Assembly (NCBI GenBank): GCA_963835065.1
Contig: CAWIEK010000041.1
Coordinates: 1-64,000, forward strand
Source of the DNA: an uncultured Chthonomonadaceae bacterium
GTDB lineage: Bacteria > Armatimonadota > Chthonomonadetes > Chthonomonadales > Chthonomonadaceae
Direction: 5' to 3'
DNA: 64,000 nucleotides
In this document: piece by piece, positions 53,635-63,661 of the stretch
Layout of the letters: the number at the start of each line of letters is the position of its first letter
Position numbering within the stretch: position 1 is the first letter of the stretch
The notes under the pieces: model-generated
Seen by the model: the letters and a program-made list of their open reading frames with translations, nothing else
Database searches by the model: none
Told to the model about the DNA's origin: nothing
Made by a program: the position numbers and the translations under genes

Positions 53635-53748
53635 TTCGTAGGGACACAACATGTTTGTGTCCTCCTCCGGCAGAGGCGTGTCCTCCGGTAGATGAGAGCG
53701 CGGACACAACATTGCCAATGCGGACACAACATGTTGTGTCCCTACGAA
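53635..53748. repeat. REP/BIME-like palindromic unit with GTAG ends
   Basis: ttcgtagggacacaacatgtt ... aacatgttgtgtccctacgaa with internal ggacacaac copies. Confidence 0.65.
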
Positions 53749-53772
53749 GTTTCATCTGAAGCGCTGATGCTG

Positions 53773-54759
53773 TTATGCCATGCTGCTGACAACGGCAAGG
53801 CCGCGAACAATAGTACGCCTGGCGAGTTCCACTTTGAAACCGTTGTACTTGTACTTTTTTGCGCCATGCAGGGCTATGTCCGCCGCCATTTTGAAGGAGG
53901 CTTCGTTGGCGGGCTTGCCGGTCAAGGCTTTTTCCGCGTCCAGCGCGCGCCAGGGCTTGTGCGCTACGCCGCCAAGAACCAGGCGGCAATTTGCAATCGT
54001 GCCGTTCTGCACGTCCAATGCCGCCGCAACGGACACGAGCGCGAACGCATAACTGGCGCGGTCACGCACCTTGATGTAATGGGAACGCGCCGCCCAGGGC
54101 ATCGCGGGCAGTTCGACGTGCGTAATCAGTTCGCCATGTTCCAAAATGGTTTCAATGTGGGGCGTGTCACCGGGCAACAGATGAAACTCCGCGATGGGAA
54201 TACGCCGAACACCCTTCGCCCCCTGCGTGACGACAACCGCGTCCAGCGCGTACATGGCAACGGCCATATCGGACGGGTGCGTGGCGATGCACTTGTTGCT
54301 CGTGCCCAAAATGGCGTGGATGCGATTGAAGCCTTCCAGAGCGGAACAGCCCGACCCCGGCTCGCGCTTGTTGCAGGGCGTGGCCGTGTCGCGGAAATAG
54401 TAGCAGCGCGTCCGCTGCAGCAGATTGCCGCCCGTTGTCGCCATGTTGCGCAATTGCGCCGACGCGCCCGCCAGTATCGCTTCCGACAGCACGGGGTAAC
54501 TTTTGCGTATGGTTTCATCATGCGCCAGGTCGCTGTTGCGAACCAGCGTTCCGATACGAACGCCGCCGCCCGGCAGGGTTTCTATCTTGTTTAAGGGCAG
54601 GCCGTTTACATCAATCAGACGCTGCGGTGTTTCCACATTCAGTTTGATGTTGTCAATCAGGTTGGTTCCGCCCGCCAGAAACGTCGCCTGCGGGTTGGGG
54701 GCGACTTCGGCGACGGCTCCGTTCGCGTCCGCTGCGCGCATGTAGGAAAAAGGCTGCAT
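53773..54759 (-). CDS. FAD-binding subunit, PaoB/YagS-like
   Basis: AGGTNL, RNMATTGGNLLQRTRCYYF, C..C Fe-S insert and KVRDRASYAFA. Confidence 0.93.
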   Translation of the reverse strand: MQPFSYMRAADANGAVAEVAPNPQATFLAGGTNLIDNIKLNVETPQRLIDVNGLPLNKIETLPGGGVRIGTLVRNSDLAHDETIRKSYPVLSEAILAGASAQLRNMATTGGNLLQRTRCYYFRDTATPCNKREPGSGCSALEGFNRIHAILGTSNKCIATHPSDMAVAMYALDAVVVTQGAKGVRRIPIAEFHLLPGDTPHIETILEHGELITHVELPAMPWAARSHYIKVRDRASYAFALVSVAAALDVQNGTIANCRLVLGGVAHKPWRALDAEKALTGKPANEASFKMAADIALHGAKKYKYNGFKVELARRTIVRGLAVVSSMA

Positions 54760-54761
54760 GG

Positions 54762-55511
54762 CTAAGATTTCCCTTCCTGCTTGTGCTTGTCGTCCATCAC
54801 GCTCTGGATGGCCGCAACGATGTTGGGGTACGCCCCGCACCGGCAGATGTTGCCGCTCATTTGTTCGCGGATGTCAGCCGGGGTTTTGGCCGTGTTTTCG
54901 CTGACAACGGCAACCGCCGACATAATTTGTCCCGGCGTACAGTAGCCGCATTGAAAACCATCGTGGGCGATGAACGCGGACTGCATCGGGTGCAGATTAT
55001 CGCCGTCCGCCAGACCCTCAATCGTGGTGATTTTCTGTCCCTGGCACATAATGGCAAGCGTCAGGCAGCTATTAACGCGCCTGCCGTCAATGTGAACGGT
55101 ACACGCGCCGCACTGTCCGTGATCGCAGCCTTTTTTCGTGCCGGTCAAGTGCAGGCGTTCGCGCAGGGCGTCCAAAAGCGTGACGCGCGGTTCCAAAGAA
55201 AGCATTTGTTCCTTGCCATTGATGTTGAGCGTTATGTCAACTGGCGCGACGGGGGGCGCAGCCGCGCGAACGGGCGCATGCGCGACAACGGGGTTTGCCC
55301 CGGCCTCGCTTTCCAGCAGCAAGGGCGCGACGGCAAGACTGGCGCCCACGCCCGCCGCGCCCGCCAGAAATTCCCGGCGCGAGGGCGCATTGCCGGATAT
55401 AGTAGGTTCGGTATCCGGCTTCAAATCCAGAATATGCGGGCGTGAATGCGCGCGTTCCTCCGCTTCGGTTGTGAGCGGGTCCTGTAAATTGTTGTTTTCC
55501 AGTTCTTCCAA
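54762..55511 (-). CDS. 2Fe-2S subunit, PaoA/YagT-like, with Tat signal
   Basis: SRREFL, GCDHGQCGAC, QCGYC and CRCGAY. Confidence 0.93.
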   Translation of the reverse strand: MEELENNNLQDPLTTEAEERAHSRPHILDLKPDTEPTISGNAPSRREFLAGAAGVGASLAVAPLLLESEAGANPVVAHAPVRAAAPPVAPVDITLNINGKEQMLSLEPRVTLLDALRERLHLTGTKKGCDHGQCGACTVHIDGRRVNSCLTLAIMCQGQKITTIEGLADGDNLHPMQSAFIAHDGFQCGYCTPGQIMSAVAVVSENTAKTPADIREQMSGNICRCGAYPNIVAAIQSVMDDKHKQEGKS

Positions 55512-55786
55512 TTGGGAAACCTCCGCGTTGGCGACACATAAATCGAAGGGCAGATCAAGAGCGGAATGGGGTAGTGCCTATATTTGGAATTACGCGCCGG
55601 TATAAAGGATTGGTTCATCAGGCGCTGGTTATATATCGAAATACAGGTGTTCAGGTATTTGGGATTAAGTGATTCGGATGTTAGGATGTAGATGAGGTTT
55701 CTGATGCCTAATCTCTGAATCTCTAATGCCTAATGCCCAATGCCTGATGCCTTCTCTGTTCGGAGGAACTCTGGTACAATAATGGT

Positions 55787-56794
55787 ATGAAATTACCACT
55801 CTTCTTTGGACGCTGTTTGCTGGCGGGAATGGGCGTGGCGCTGCTGCTGACGAGCGCGGTTTTGCTGGGCGCGAGCGTGTTCGGCAGTTGGCGGTTTGTG
55901 CTGGGATGGACGTTTCATCTTGTCGGGCAGGCTTGCTGTCTGAGTATGTTGTGCCTGCCCGGATGGTGGCGTTTGGCTTCGCAACAGCGCGCAACGCGGC
56001 TGACGGGGCAAAAGGACGCTTCACGGCTGGCGTCTGTAGGCGCTATTCGCCCGGCGCGTTTCCGCCCGGAAGCGCAAATTCTACGCCTGCTGGCAGCAGG
56101 GGGCGCGGTGTTTATAATGTTATGCGCGCTGACAGTGGGCGCTATCGGACTGCGCAATCTGCTGCGCCTGCGCGAACATGGCGTTATGACGCTTGCCACA
56201 ATCACGGGAACCACGTTCCGCGAAGCCGGCCCGATGCTGACCGTGACGTATGCGTTTGTCACGCCGCATGGCCTGCCCGTGACGGACACGTTTCGCGCGC
56301 CCCGGCATTTGCTGCAATCCTTGCGCACAGGCAACACTCTGCCGGTCACGTACCTGCCTTCCGACCCCGCTGTCCATACCTTGCAGCGCGTGGATAATGG
56401 CCTGGTGGCGCGGCATTTCCTGTCGGGAGTGGCGGTATTACTCACGCTTGCCGCGTATATTGGGCTTCCCCTGTTGCTGGTTGAGCGGCGATTGCGCAGG
56501 CAATTGCGATTGGCGCGCGTCGGCGTGGGCGTGACGGGCAGCATCGTGGTCTGCAAGCCGCTCCTGTGGCGCAAAAAGAAACGCGGCTACCTGCTGACGT
56601 ATGCCTTCGCCACACCGGGCCGTCAGGTGTTCATCGGGCGCGCGCTGATTCCCTACATCCCGGATGAGCCGACCCTGCCGGGCTTTCCGCTCACGGTTTT
56701 GTACGACCCTCTGGTTCCCGGCATCAGCCTGCCCCTCGCCGCCTTCCACACCGTCGAACTGCCCAACATCCGCAAAACGGTTCTGGCGGCGTAA
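55787..56794 (+). CDS. Membrane protein with duplicated DUF3592-like domains
   Basis: TM + G..ATITG..TYAF..VTYLPSDP pattern present twice. Confidence 0.7.
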   Translation: MKLPLFFGRCLLAGMGVALLLTSAVLLGASVFGSWRFVLGWTFHLVGQACCLSMLCLPGWWRLASQQRATRLTGQKDASRLASVGAIRPARFRPEAQILRLLAAGGAVFIMLCALTVGAIGLRNLLRLREHGVMTLATITGTTFREAGPMLTVTYAFVTPHGLPVTDTFRAPRHLLQSLRTGNTLPVTYLPSDPAVHTLQRVDNGLVARHFLSGVAVLLTLAAYIGLPLLLVERRLRRQLRLARVGVGVTGSIVVCKPLLWRKKKRGYLLTYAFATPGRQVFIGRALIPYIPDEPTLPGFPLTVLYDPLVPGISLPLAAFHTVELPNIRKTVLAA

Positions 56795-56999
56795 ACCAAT
56801 CTGTCTTGAACTATGATTTCTGTGATTTGCAGGATTACCATGATTGAGAAGACGCACCGTCATGGTAATCATAACAATCATGTGAAATCATGGTTCAAGA
56901 CAATGCCGCCGTTAAGCAAGGCCACAGTCATACACGATAAAATCAAAGGACTGCGCCGTGAAGCGCTGCCCTCTATCACAAAGACGAGGAGGCAACAAC

Positions 57000-57554
57000 T
57001 TGCTTAAAGGGGAACGAGTGACATTGCGCGCTTGCGAGCGCGAGGATTTGCCGCGCCTGCACGAATTCAACAACGATTTGGAAGTGGAATTATTGGGCGG
57101 CGGGGATGCGCCCAAACCGAAATCCCGCGAACAGATGCAGGCGCAGTTCGAGGAGCGCGAAAAATCCGACAAGCCGCGCCCGCAGGTCGTGGGCGATTTT
57201 GTCATCGAAGCGGATGGCAAGGTCATTGGGATGTGCGGACTGTGGCGCTATGACCCGACGGCTTCCACCTGCGCGATGGGCATTGGCATCGGCGACCGCG
57301 AGTATTGGGGCAAGCATTACGGGCGCGAAGCCATCGGCCTGCTGCTGGATTATGCGTTTCGCGTCCACAACCTGCGGCGCGTATGGCTGGACACATCGAG
57401 CGCCAACCCGCGCGCCTTGCGCTGCTATGTGGCCTGCGGTTTCGTGGAAGAGGGCCGATTGCGCCAGCACGACTGGAACAACGGACAGTACGTAGACCGC
57501 GTATATATGGGCATACTGCGCGATGAGTACGAAGCAAGCATAAATGTGAAGTAA
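57000..57554 (+). CDS. RimJ/RimL-type GNAT acetyltransferase
   Basis: GIGDREYWGKHYG, NPRALRCY and GFVEEGRLR. Confidence 0.9.
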   Translation: MLKGERVTLRACEREDLPRLHEFNNDLEVELLGGGDAPKPKSREQMQAQFEEREKSDKPRPQVVGDFVIEADGKVIGMCGLWRYDPTASTCAMGIGIGDREYWGKHYGREAIGLLLDYAFRVHNLRRVWLDTSSANPRALRCYVACGFVEEGRLRQHDWNNGQYVDRVYMGILRDEYEASINVK

Positions 57555-57580
57555 GTGTAAAGGACATTTCCGGCCTGCGC

Positions 57581-58591
57581 ATGGACAATGAGAACGAGAG
57601 CCAACCTGCCGCGCCGCATGACGCCGACGTACCCCTGCCGGAACAAAGGACACCCAACATTCCGCCACAAGCAGACAATGTTGATGTTACGCATACCGTA
57701 TGGGAAGCGCATAGCCGGGAAGCCGGACTGCGCCGCGCGGCGTTGAAGCGTTTGCAGCGCATGGGCGTGGCAGGCCTCGAACCTCTGCTTCAATTGCTGC
57801 AGGAACACATGAGTCGGCGGCGGCGCGTCCGTATGGTTGTGACGACGCTTGCCTGGCTGTTGCTGCCGGTCTCGCTGCTCATGGCTCCCGGCCTGCTGCT
57901 GAGTATCTGCATGGGCGGCAATGCGGTTTTCTTTGGTATCGCCTTTGTTGTCTGGATTGCCAACTGGGTCTTGTTCGTGATGCGCTCACGCCTTCCCATG
58001 ACGGCGCGGCAGCGTGAAATCGTGGATATATTCGCTGACATCCATGATTTGCGCGCCATTTGCCCCCTGCTGGACGCCCTGAGTTTGCAGCCGGAAAACG
58101 ATCCGCCTATGCTACGCGAAACCTTGAAGCGTCTGCTGACGCAGGCGCGCGCCTCGGATGCCGGCCTGTTCACTCCGCGCCAGCGTTCCATTCTGTACCG
58201 GGAACTGATTACGAAAAGCCGCCATCCCGCGCAGTACGGTTTCATCCTTGCCATCCTTAAAGCATTGGAGCAAATCGGAACCACAAGCGCGATTCCCTAC
58301 GTGGCGGAACTGGCGCAGCGCGCTTATCCCCGCCCTGCCCCCCTCGAGGTGCGGGAAGCGGCATACCGTTGTGCGGAGTATCTGCGCGACCATGCGGGGG
58401 AACTGACAACCCGCCAAACCCTGCTGCGCGCCTCCGCCCCCAATCAATCCCGAACGGAAACCCTGTTACGCCCCGCGCAGGAGCCGGAAACGTCCCGCCC
58501 GGAAACCCTGCTGCGCCCCGATATGTCCCCGCCTGCTAATTCCTCTACTCCTTCTGATACACAGCCGCCTGATGCGCCTCCTGCGCCGTAG
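57581..58591 (+). CDS. Two-TM HEAT-repeat protein
   Basis: TM pair, DLRAICPLLDAL, ILKALEQIG and repeated TLLR tail. Confidence 0.7.
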   Translation: MDNENESQPAAPHDADVPLPEQRTPNIPPQADNVDVTHTVWEAHSREAGLRRAALKRLQRMGVAGLEPLLQLLQEHMSRRRRVRMVVTTLAWLLLPVSLLMAPGLLLSICMGGNAVFFGIAFVVWIANWVLFVMRSRLPMTARQREIVDIFADIHDLRAICPLLDALSLQPENDPPMLRETLKRLLTQARASDAGLFTPRQRSILYRELITKSRHPAQYGFILAILKALEQIGTTSAIPYVAELAQRAYPRPAPLEVREAAYRCAEYLRDHAGELTTRQTLLRASAPNQSRTETLLRPAQEPETSRPETLLRPDMSPPANSSTPSDTQPPDAPPAP

Positions 58592-59152
58592 GCCATAAAA
58601 TGAGGAACGTCCATATTCCCGCCGCTTACCCCGTAATTTTTCGTGAAAATTTGCACAGAACTCTTGACGCTCTTTTGAACCGTGTGCCATAATATGTCAT
58701 TAACATCAATCACCATGCAACACCGCGTCATTGATGTGACAGCGAACCTTCCACGTTGTAGTTTGCTCCTGTTTGACGGCGGTGTTCTTGTTCCGTATAT
58801 TTTTAACGGAGAGGGACTACTTGCATGATGCTTCCTGTTTTTACACGCCCTCGCTTGCTTGCCGCAAGCGCCTTGCTGTGCGCTGCCCTTTCGGGCTGTC
58901 GGCAGCCGTCTGTACCTTCCGCCGTTGTACCTGTCTCTGTACAGGCGAATAGTCGTACCACACCAACCCGTATCTTCTCCACCACACATGTTCAATCGCT
59001 GCCGCTGTACCGTCAGGCGCAACAGGCTTGTTCCCATCGGAGCGTATAGCGCAATATGCGGCTCGTTGTGGTTCTGTTCCCGGCAAATCCCGGTAGGTTC
59101 CTTCCACGTCCAGCGCGGCCCTTGATTGTCGCGTTGTATTTCCTGCCCTCGT

Positions 59153-62100
59153 ATGGCAGAAGAAAGGAACATTGCCTTGGTAAGCAACACACAGGAAAGC
59201 GAAATCCAATCGCTTTCGCAACAACAAAGCAGAGTGGCCCGCTCCGGTTGGCTGCGCCGCGCCGCTCTGTTGACTTCGGTTTCTTTCGCGTGGAGTTTTG
59301 TGCTGGCCCCGCCTGCGCTTGCCCTCGCGCATTCCCCGCGACAAGACCGCGTCGGCGTCCGCCTGCTCACGCCGGAACAGATGCGGCGTATGTGGGGGCG
59401 GCAGACAAAGCCACAGGCCCATGCCGTTTCGGTGGCTGCCGCGCCCGGCGACACCTTCCCCTGGGAGGGCAGCGCGGGCGACGCCAACACGGGCAACGGC
59501 AACAAGCAGACGGAAATTCCCCTTGTCGGCTGGACACAGAAGGGCGGCATGCCGGTCAATCTGACGCTCACCCATAACAGCGAAACCAACCGCAATGCCG
59601 AGTTGGGCTACAAGTGGAGCCACAGCTACGACATCTACCTGATGAGCAGCGGCGGTAACAGTGGAGGAGGAACCGGCGGCAGTGGCGGCACAGGCGGTTT
59701 TGCGCAGGCAGGTACGGCTCCCAACGCGCCCGGTGGCGGCGGCGGAACGGGAGGCGGCGGCGCGTTCGCGTCGGGCAGCAATCTTACGGTTCATTGGGGC
59801 GATGACCTGTCGTACCCGTTCGCCAACAACGGCAGCAATGCGTTTGCCGCGCCGACGGGCATTCACGACACGCTGGTTCAGAACGTGGACGGCACGTTCA
59901 CGCTGACCAAAACCAGTCAGGTCAAGTACCACTTCAATGCCGCGCTGTACTGCGACAGTATCACCGACCCGAACGGCAACAGCCTCAGCATTGCCCGCAA
60001 CGCGGCAAGGTATGTCACGAGTGTCACCGACGTAAGCGGGCGCAGCCTCACCTTCGGCTATGACGGCAGCAATCGGATCACGTCCGTGACCGATCCGCTT
60101 AACCGAGTGTGGACGCTGGCGTATGATGGCAGTGGCAACCTGGCTTCGGTCAGCCTGCCGGTTCTGAACGGCGCGACCTATACCTATGCGTTCCTTTACG
60201 ACGCCAACCACTGCCTGACGGATCTGAAAACGCCGAAAGGCAATCATTCCACGTTCGGCTACAATGGGGATGGCAGCGTGGCATGGGAACAGGACGCGAT
60301 GGGCAACCAGACGGCCTTTGCCTACCAGAGCGGCCTGACAACGATCACGGACGCCAACGGCCACGCGACCACGCACACGTACACCAACGGGCTTTTGACC
60401 CGCGTGACGGACGCATTGGGCTACCACGAGGATTACCAGTACGATGCGTCCAACAACAAAACACAGGTGAGCGACAAGCGCGGCTTTGCGTGGAACTTCA
60501 CCTTCGACGGCAGTGGCAACCTGCTGACAAGCAAAGACCCCTACCTCAACACCACGACAACAGCCTACAACGCCAAGAACAAGCCGCTGACGGTCACTCT
60601 GCCGTCGGGACGGCAGACGGTCAACACTTATGACGGCAGCGGCGTTCGCGTGACGCTTGCGCAGCAGAAAGCCGCCAACGGTACAGTGGTTTCTTCCACT
60701 TCCTTCGCGTACAACGCGGACGGAACCGTTGCCGGTAAGACCGATGCCAACAGCCATACCACGAGCTACGGTTACGATGGGAATGGCAACCTGACCAGCG
60801 TGACCACGCCCCTCGGCCATGCCACCACGTTCGGCTACAATGCGCTTGGCGCGCAAACGAGCAAGACCGATGCGCTGAACCGGACGACGATCTACACCCT
60901 CGACGCCTGGAACCGCACAGTTGCCATCACGTATCCCGACAGCACCACTAAAACGCTGGCCTACGATGCGGACGGCAACCTGACCGGTTTCACGGACGCA
61001 ACCGGCACAACCACGCGCAGCTACGATGCCGACAATCGCCTGCTCTCAGAAAGCAAGAACGGCGCTGCCGTCGTCAGTCACACGTATGACGCGACGGGGC
61101 AGAAGGGCTTGCTGTCCACCACAACCGACGCCAACGGGCGGGTTCTGACATACTCCTATACGAGCCGCAATGAACTTGGCGGCGTGAGCGAAGCGGCAGG
61201 CGCGGTCAGCTACGCCTACGATGCGGACGGCCACGAAACGGGTATTAGCAACCCCAACGGAACCGTCGTCAGCAAGAGCTATGACAATGCCGGGCAGCTT
61301 ACGAGTGTGGTGAACAAGACCGGCAGCGGCAGCGTTCTGTCTTCCTTCTCTTACACGCTGGACGTGGACGGCAGGCGCGCGGCGGTTGGGGAAGCGGACG
61401 GCAGCAGCGTCAGCTATGGTTATGACGGCGCGGGGCGGCTGACAAGCGAAACCCGCAGCGGAACCGGCGCATACAGCCTGTCGTATGTGCTGGACGGGGC
61501 AGGCAACCGCCTGAGCCAGACGAGCAGCAATGGCACAACCACGTTCGCTTATGACAGCGACGACGAACTGCTGTCCACAAGCGGCGTGTTCACCAACAGC
61601 TATGGCTACAACGCCAATGGCGAGCAGACCACGCGCACACTGAACGGCACGACCTACAATCTGGCGTTCGACTTTGACGGGCAGATCAGCAGCATCGCGC
61701 AGGGCGCAAACGTGGTCAGCTTCGCCTATGATGCGGCAGGGCGGCGCGTGAGCCGGACGGCAGGCGGGACAACGACCAACTTCCTGTACGATGGCGGGCA
61801 AGTTCTGCTGGAAACGCAGGGAAGCAGCACGACAGCGACGTACACGTATGGCAACGCGCTTGTCAGGAAGGATGGCGAGTTCCCGCTCTTCGACGGACAG
61901 GGCAGCGAGCGAACGGTGACGAACAGCAGCCAATCGGTGCAGGGCAGCATCGTCTACAACGCTTTCGGGCAGACGGTTTCCAGCACCGGCAGCAGCACAA
62001 GTCCCTACCTGTACGCGGCGACAAGCGGGTACAGGAACGATGGCGATGCCGGACTGAGCCATGTGGGAGCGAGGTACTACGACGCGCAAGTAGGCCGCTT

Positions 62101-62500
62101 CATCTCCCGTGACACCTACCTTGACCAGAAGCCCTACCTCTACTGCGAACACGACCCCGTGAATCGGCTTGATGCCAATGGACATTCTTGGAAAGGATGG
62201 GGTGTGGGACTTGTAGCAGGAATTACTGTCGGTATTCTGCTCAGCGCCGCAGTAGACATCGTTACGGCAGGAGCAGGAGCGCCTGCGAACCCTGTCATTA
62301 TCGACATTTCTATCGGCGTTATCTCCGGCGGGTCTGGAGGATATGTGACAGGACAAATTGATGGGAATGTGGGGACAAGCACTCTGCAAGGCGCAATCGG
62401 CGGCGGTATCATCGGACCGATTTCCGGTGCGCTTGGTTCAGTTGGCAAACCCTTGGTCCGGGCAGTAGCAAAATTCTTTGCCCAGATCAAATTCGATTAG
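59153..62500 (+). CDS. RHS/YD-repeat toxin with signal peptide and hydrophobic Gly-rich tip
   Basis: Many YD repeats, HVGARYYDAQVGRFISRD and DPVNRLDANG cleavage-type motif; start could be the TTG at 59177. Confidence 0.93.
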   Translation: MAEERNIALVSNTQESEIQSLSQQQSRVARSGWLRRAALLTSVSFAWSFVLAPPALALAHSPRQDRVGVRLLTPEQMRRMWGRQTKPQAHAVSVAAAPGDTFPWEGSAGDANTGNGNKQTEIPLVGWTQKGGMPVNLTLTHNSETNRNAELGYKWSHSYDIYLMSSGGNSGGGTGGSGGTGGFAQAGTAPNAPGGGGGTGGGGAFASGSNLTVHWGDDLSYPFANNGSNAFAAPTGIHDTLVQNVDGTFTLTKTSQVKYHFNAALYCDSITDPNGNSLSIARNAARYVTSVTDVSGRSLTFGYDGSNRITSVTDPLNRVWTLAYDGSGNLASVSLPVLNGATYTYAFLYDANHCLTDLKTPKGNHSTFGYNGDGSVAWEQDAMGNQTAFAYQSGLTTITDANGHATTHTYTNGLLTRVTDALGYHEDYQYDASNNKTQVSDKRGFAWNFTFDGSGNLLTSKDPYLNTTTTAYNAKNKPLTVTLPSGRQTVNTYDGSGVRVTLAQQKAANGTVVSSTSFAYNADGTVAGKTDANSHTTSYGYDGNGNLTSVTTPLGHATTFGYNALGAQTSKTDALNRTTIYTLDAWNRTVAITYPDSTTKTLAYDADGNLTGFTDATGTTTRSYDADNRLLSESKNGAAVVSHTYDATGQKGLLSTTTDANGRVLTYSYTSRNELGGVSEAAGAVSYAYDADGHETGISNPNGTVVSKSYDNAGQLTSVVNKTGSGSVLSSFSYTLDVDGRRAAVGEADGSSVSYGYDGAGRLTSETRSGTGAYSLSYVLDGAGNRLSQTSSNGTTTFAYDSDDELLSTSGVFTNSYGYNANGEQTTRTLNGTTYNLAFDFDGQISSIAQGANVVSFAYDAAGRRVSRTAGGTTTNFLYDGGQVLLETQGSSTTATYTYGNALVRKDGEFPLFDGQGSERTVTNSSQSVQGSIVYNAFGQTVSSTGSSTSPYLYAATSGYRNDGDAGLSHVGARYYDAQVGRFISRDTYLDQKPYLYCEHDPVNRLDANGHSWKGWGVGLVAGITVGILLSAAVDIVTAGAGAPANPVIIDISIGVISGGSGGYVTGQIDGNVGTSTLQGAIGGGIIGPISGALGSVGKPLVRAVAKFFAQIKFD

Positions 62501-62506
62501 CAGATT

Positions 62507-62542
62507 GCCCCACCCCTATGCAGAATTGCATAGGGGTGGGGC
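62507..62542. terminator. Perfect hairpin between the RHS and immunity genes
   Basis: gccccacccctatgca-gaat-tgcataggggtggggc. Confidence 0.6.
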
Positions 62543-62573
62543 CTACTAACATCAGACGGCATGTAGGTGTTAT

Positions 62574-63044
62574 ATGAGACTTCAGGTTCCAGAATTATAC
62601 GCCAAGCAGATTAAAATAAGAAGGGTAGGCTTTCTTCTTATTCTTCTATTAATATGCTGTTCACTCGCATGGCTTGTAAGTACGGCATTTTCGGTAGGAG
62701 GCTGTGCAATAACCTGTGTTGGATTAATTAACGTGATTTTGAACTATCGTAGACCTTTATTTTACGACTTAGATGATCAGGGAATTTGCCTCAGCACAGT
62801 ACAAGGAACATTAAGCTTAAATGGGCTGAATGGTTGTGTAGCAAGGTACTGGATAGATTGGAGTAAAGACCCACTTGAGGCTTTCGATCTTACTCATTGG
62901 CAACAGTTCCCTGCGCTACTTCTCGTATCTAGCCGTTTTCCGCAAGGCAGGCTCATGCCTATTTACAGGCAAGATGTAGAGCGGGTCGTCATTTTTTTAG
63001 AAACACAGGTTAGTTTACTTGCAACATGCTCAGGCAAGCATTAG
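62574..63044 (+). CDS. Putative immunity protein (two TMs plus small domain)
   Basis: Low GC, directly after the RHS gene; paralog at 63662. Confidence 0.7.
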   Translation: MRLQVPELYAKQIKIRRVGFLLILLLICCSLAWLVSTAFSVGGCAITCVGLINVILNYRRPLFYDLDDQGICLSTVQGTLSLNGLNGCVARYWIDWSKDPLEAFDLTHWQQFPALLLVSSRFPQGRLMPIYRQDVERVVIFLETQVSLLATCSGKH

Positions 63045-63052
63045 GAGCGAGA

Positions 63053-63565
63053 GGCAGCAGCAATCCCTACCTGTACGCGGCGACAAGCGGGTACAGGAAC
63101 GACGGTGACGCCGGGCTGATGCACGTGGGAGCGCGGTACTACGACGCGCAGGTGGGACGCTTCCTCTCACGAGACACGTTCCTTGACCAGAAGCCTTACC
63201 TCTACTGCGAACACGATCCCGTCAACTACACCGATCCCACTGGGCATCTCAGTAAAGGTCAATGGGCCGGCCTCGTAGTTGGCGGAGCGATTATCATCGG
63301 TGTCACCGTAATAACTGGTGGCGCGGACTTGCCTGTGCTTGGAGCCATAGGAATCAACTGTGGCACAGGGGCGTTGGCAGGAACAATCGGTGGTGCGGTC
63401 CAGAGCGGCGTTGATCATGACCACAATCTGGGAGGGGACATGAGAGACGGAGCTATCCAAGGAGCCATTGGAGGCGGATTGACCGGATCACTGGGAACAG
63501 GTCCCATAGGCAAGCCGATTGTCAACTTCATTCGTGCCCTATGTAAGTTGGTCCCGATTAAGTAG
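63053..63565 (+). pseudogene. Orphan RHS core plus alternative C-terminal tip
   Basis: ~175-bp near-identical repeat of 61988-62164 followed by a different tip. Confidence 0.85.
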
Positions 63566-63661
63566 CTGATTGTTGTGGTTGCTCACGCAGATTATCTTAG
63601 TCAGCGTGAGCAACCACAACAACACAACCAAGCATGGAAACTCCTGTTGTGGAGGTAGATT

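Noticed and set aside
58841..62389. Long minus-strand ORFs opposite the RHS gene, and similar shadow ORFs such as 5329..6090 and 17405..18583
   Set aside because: Antisense shadows of GC-rich coding genes with no recognisable motifs.
61988..63226. RHS core repeat as a DGR template/variable repeat pair
   Set aside because: Differences are mostly synonymous and not adenine-specific, there is no reverse transcriptase, and an orphan RHS module explains it.
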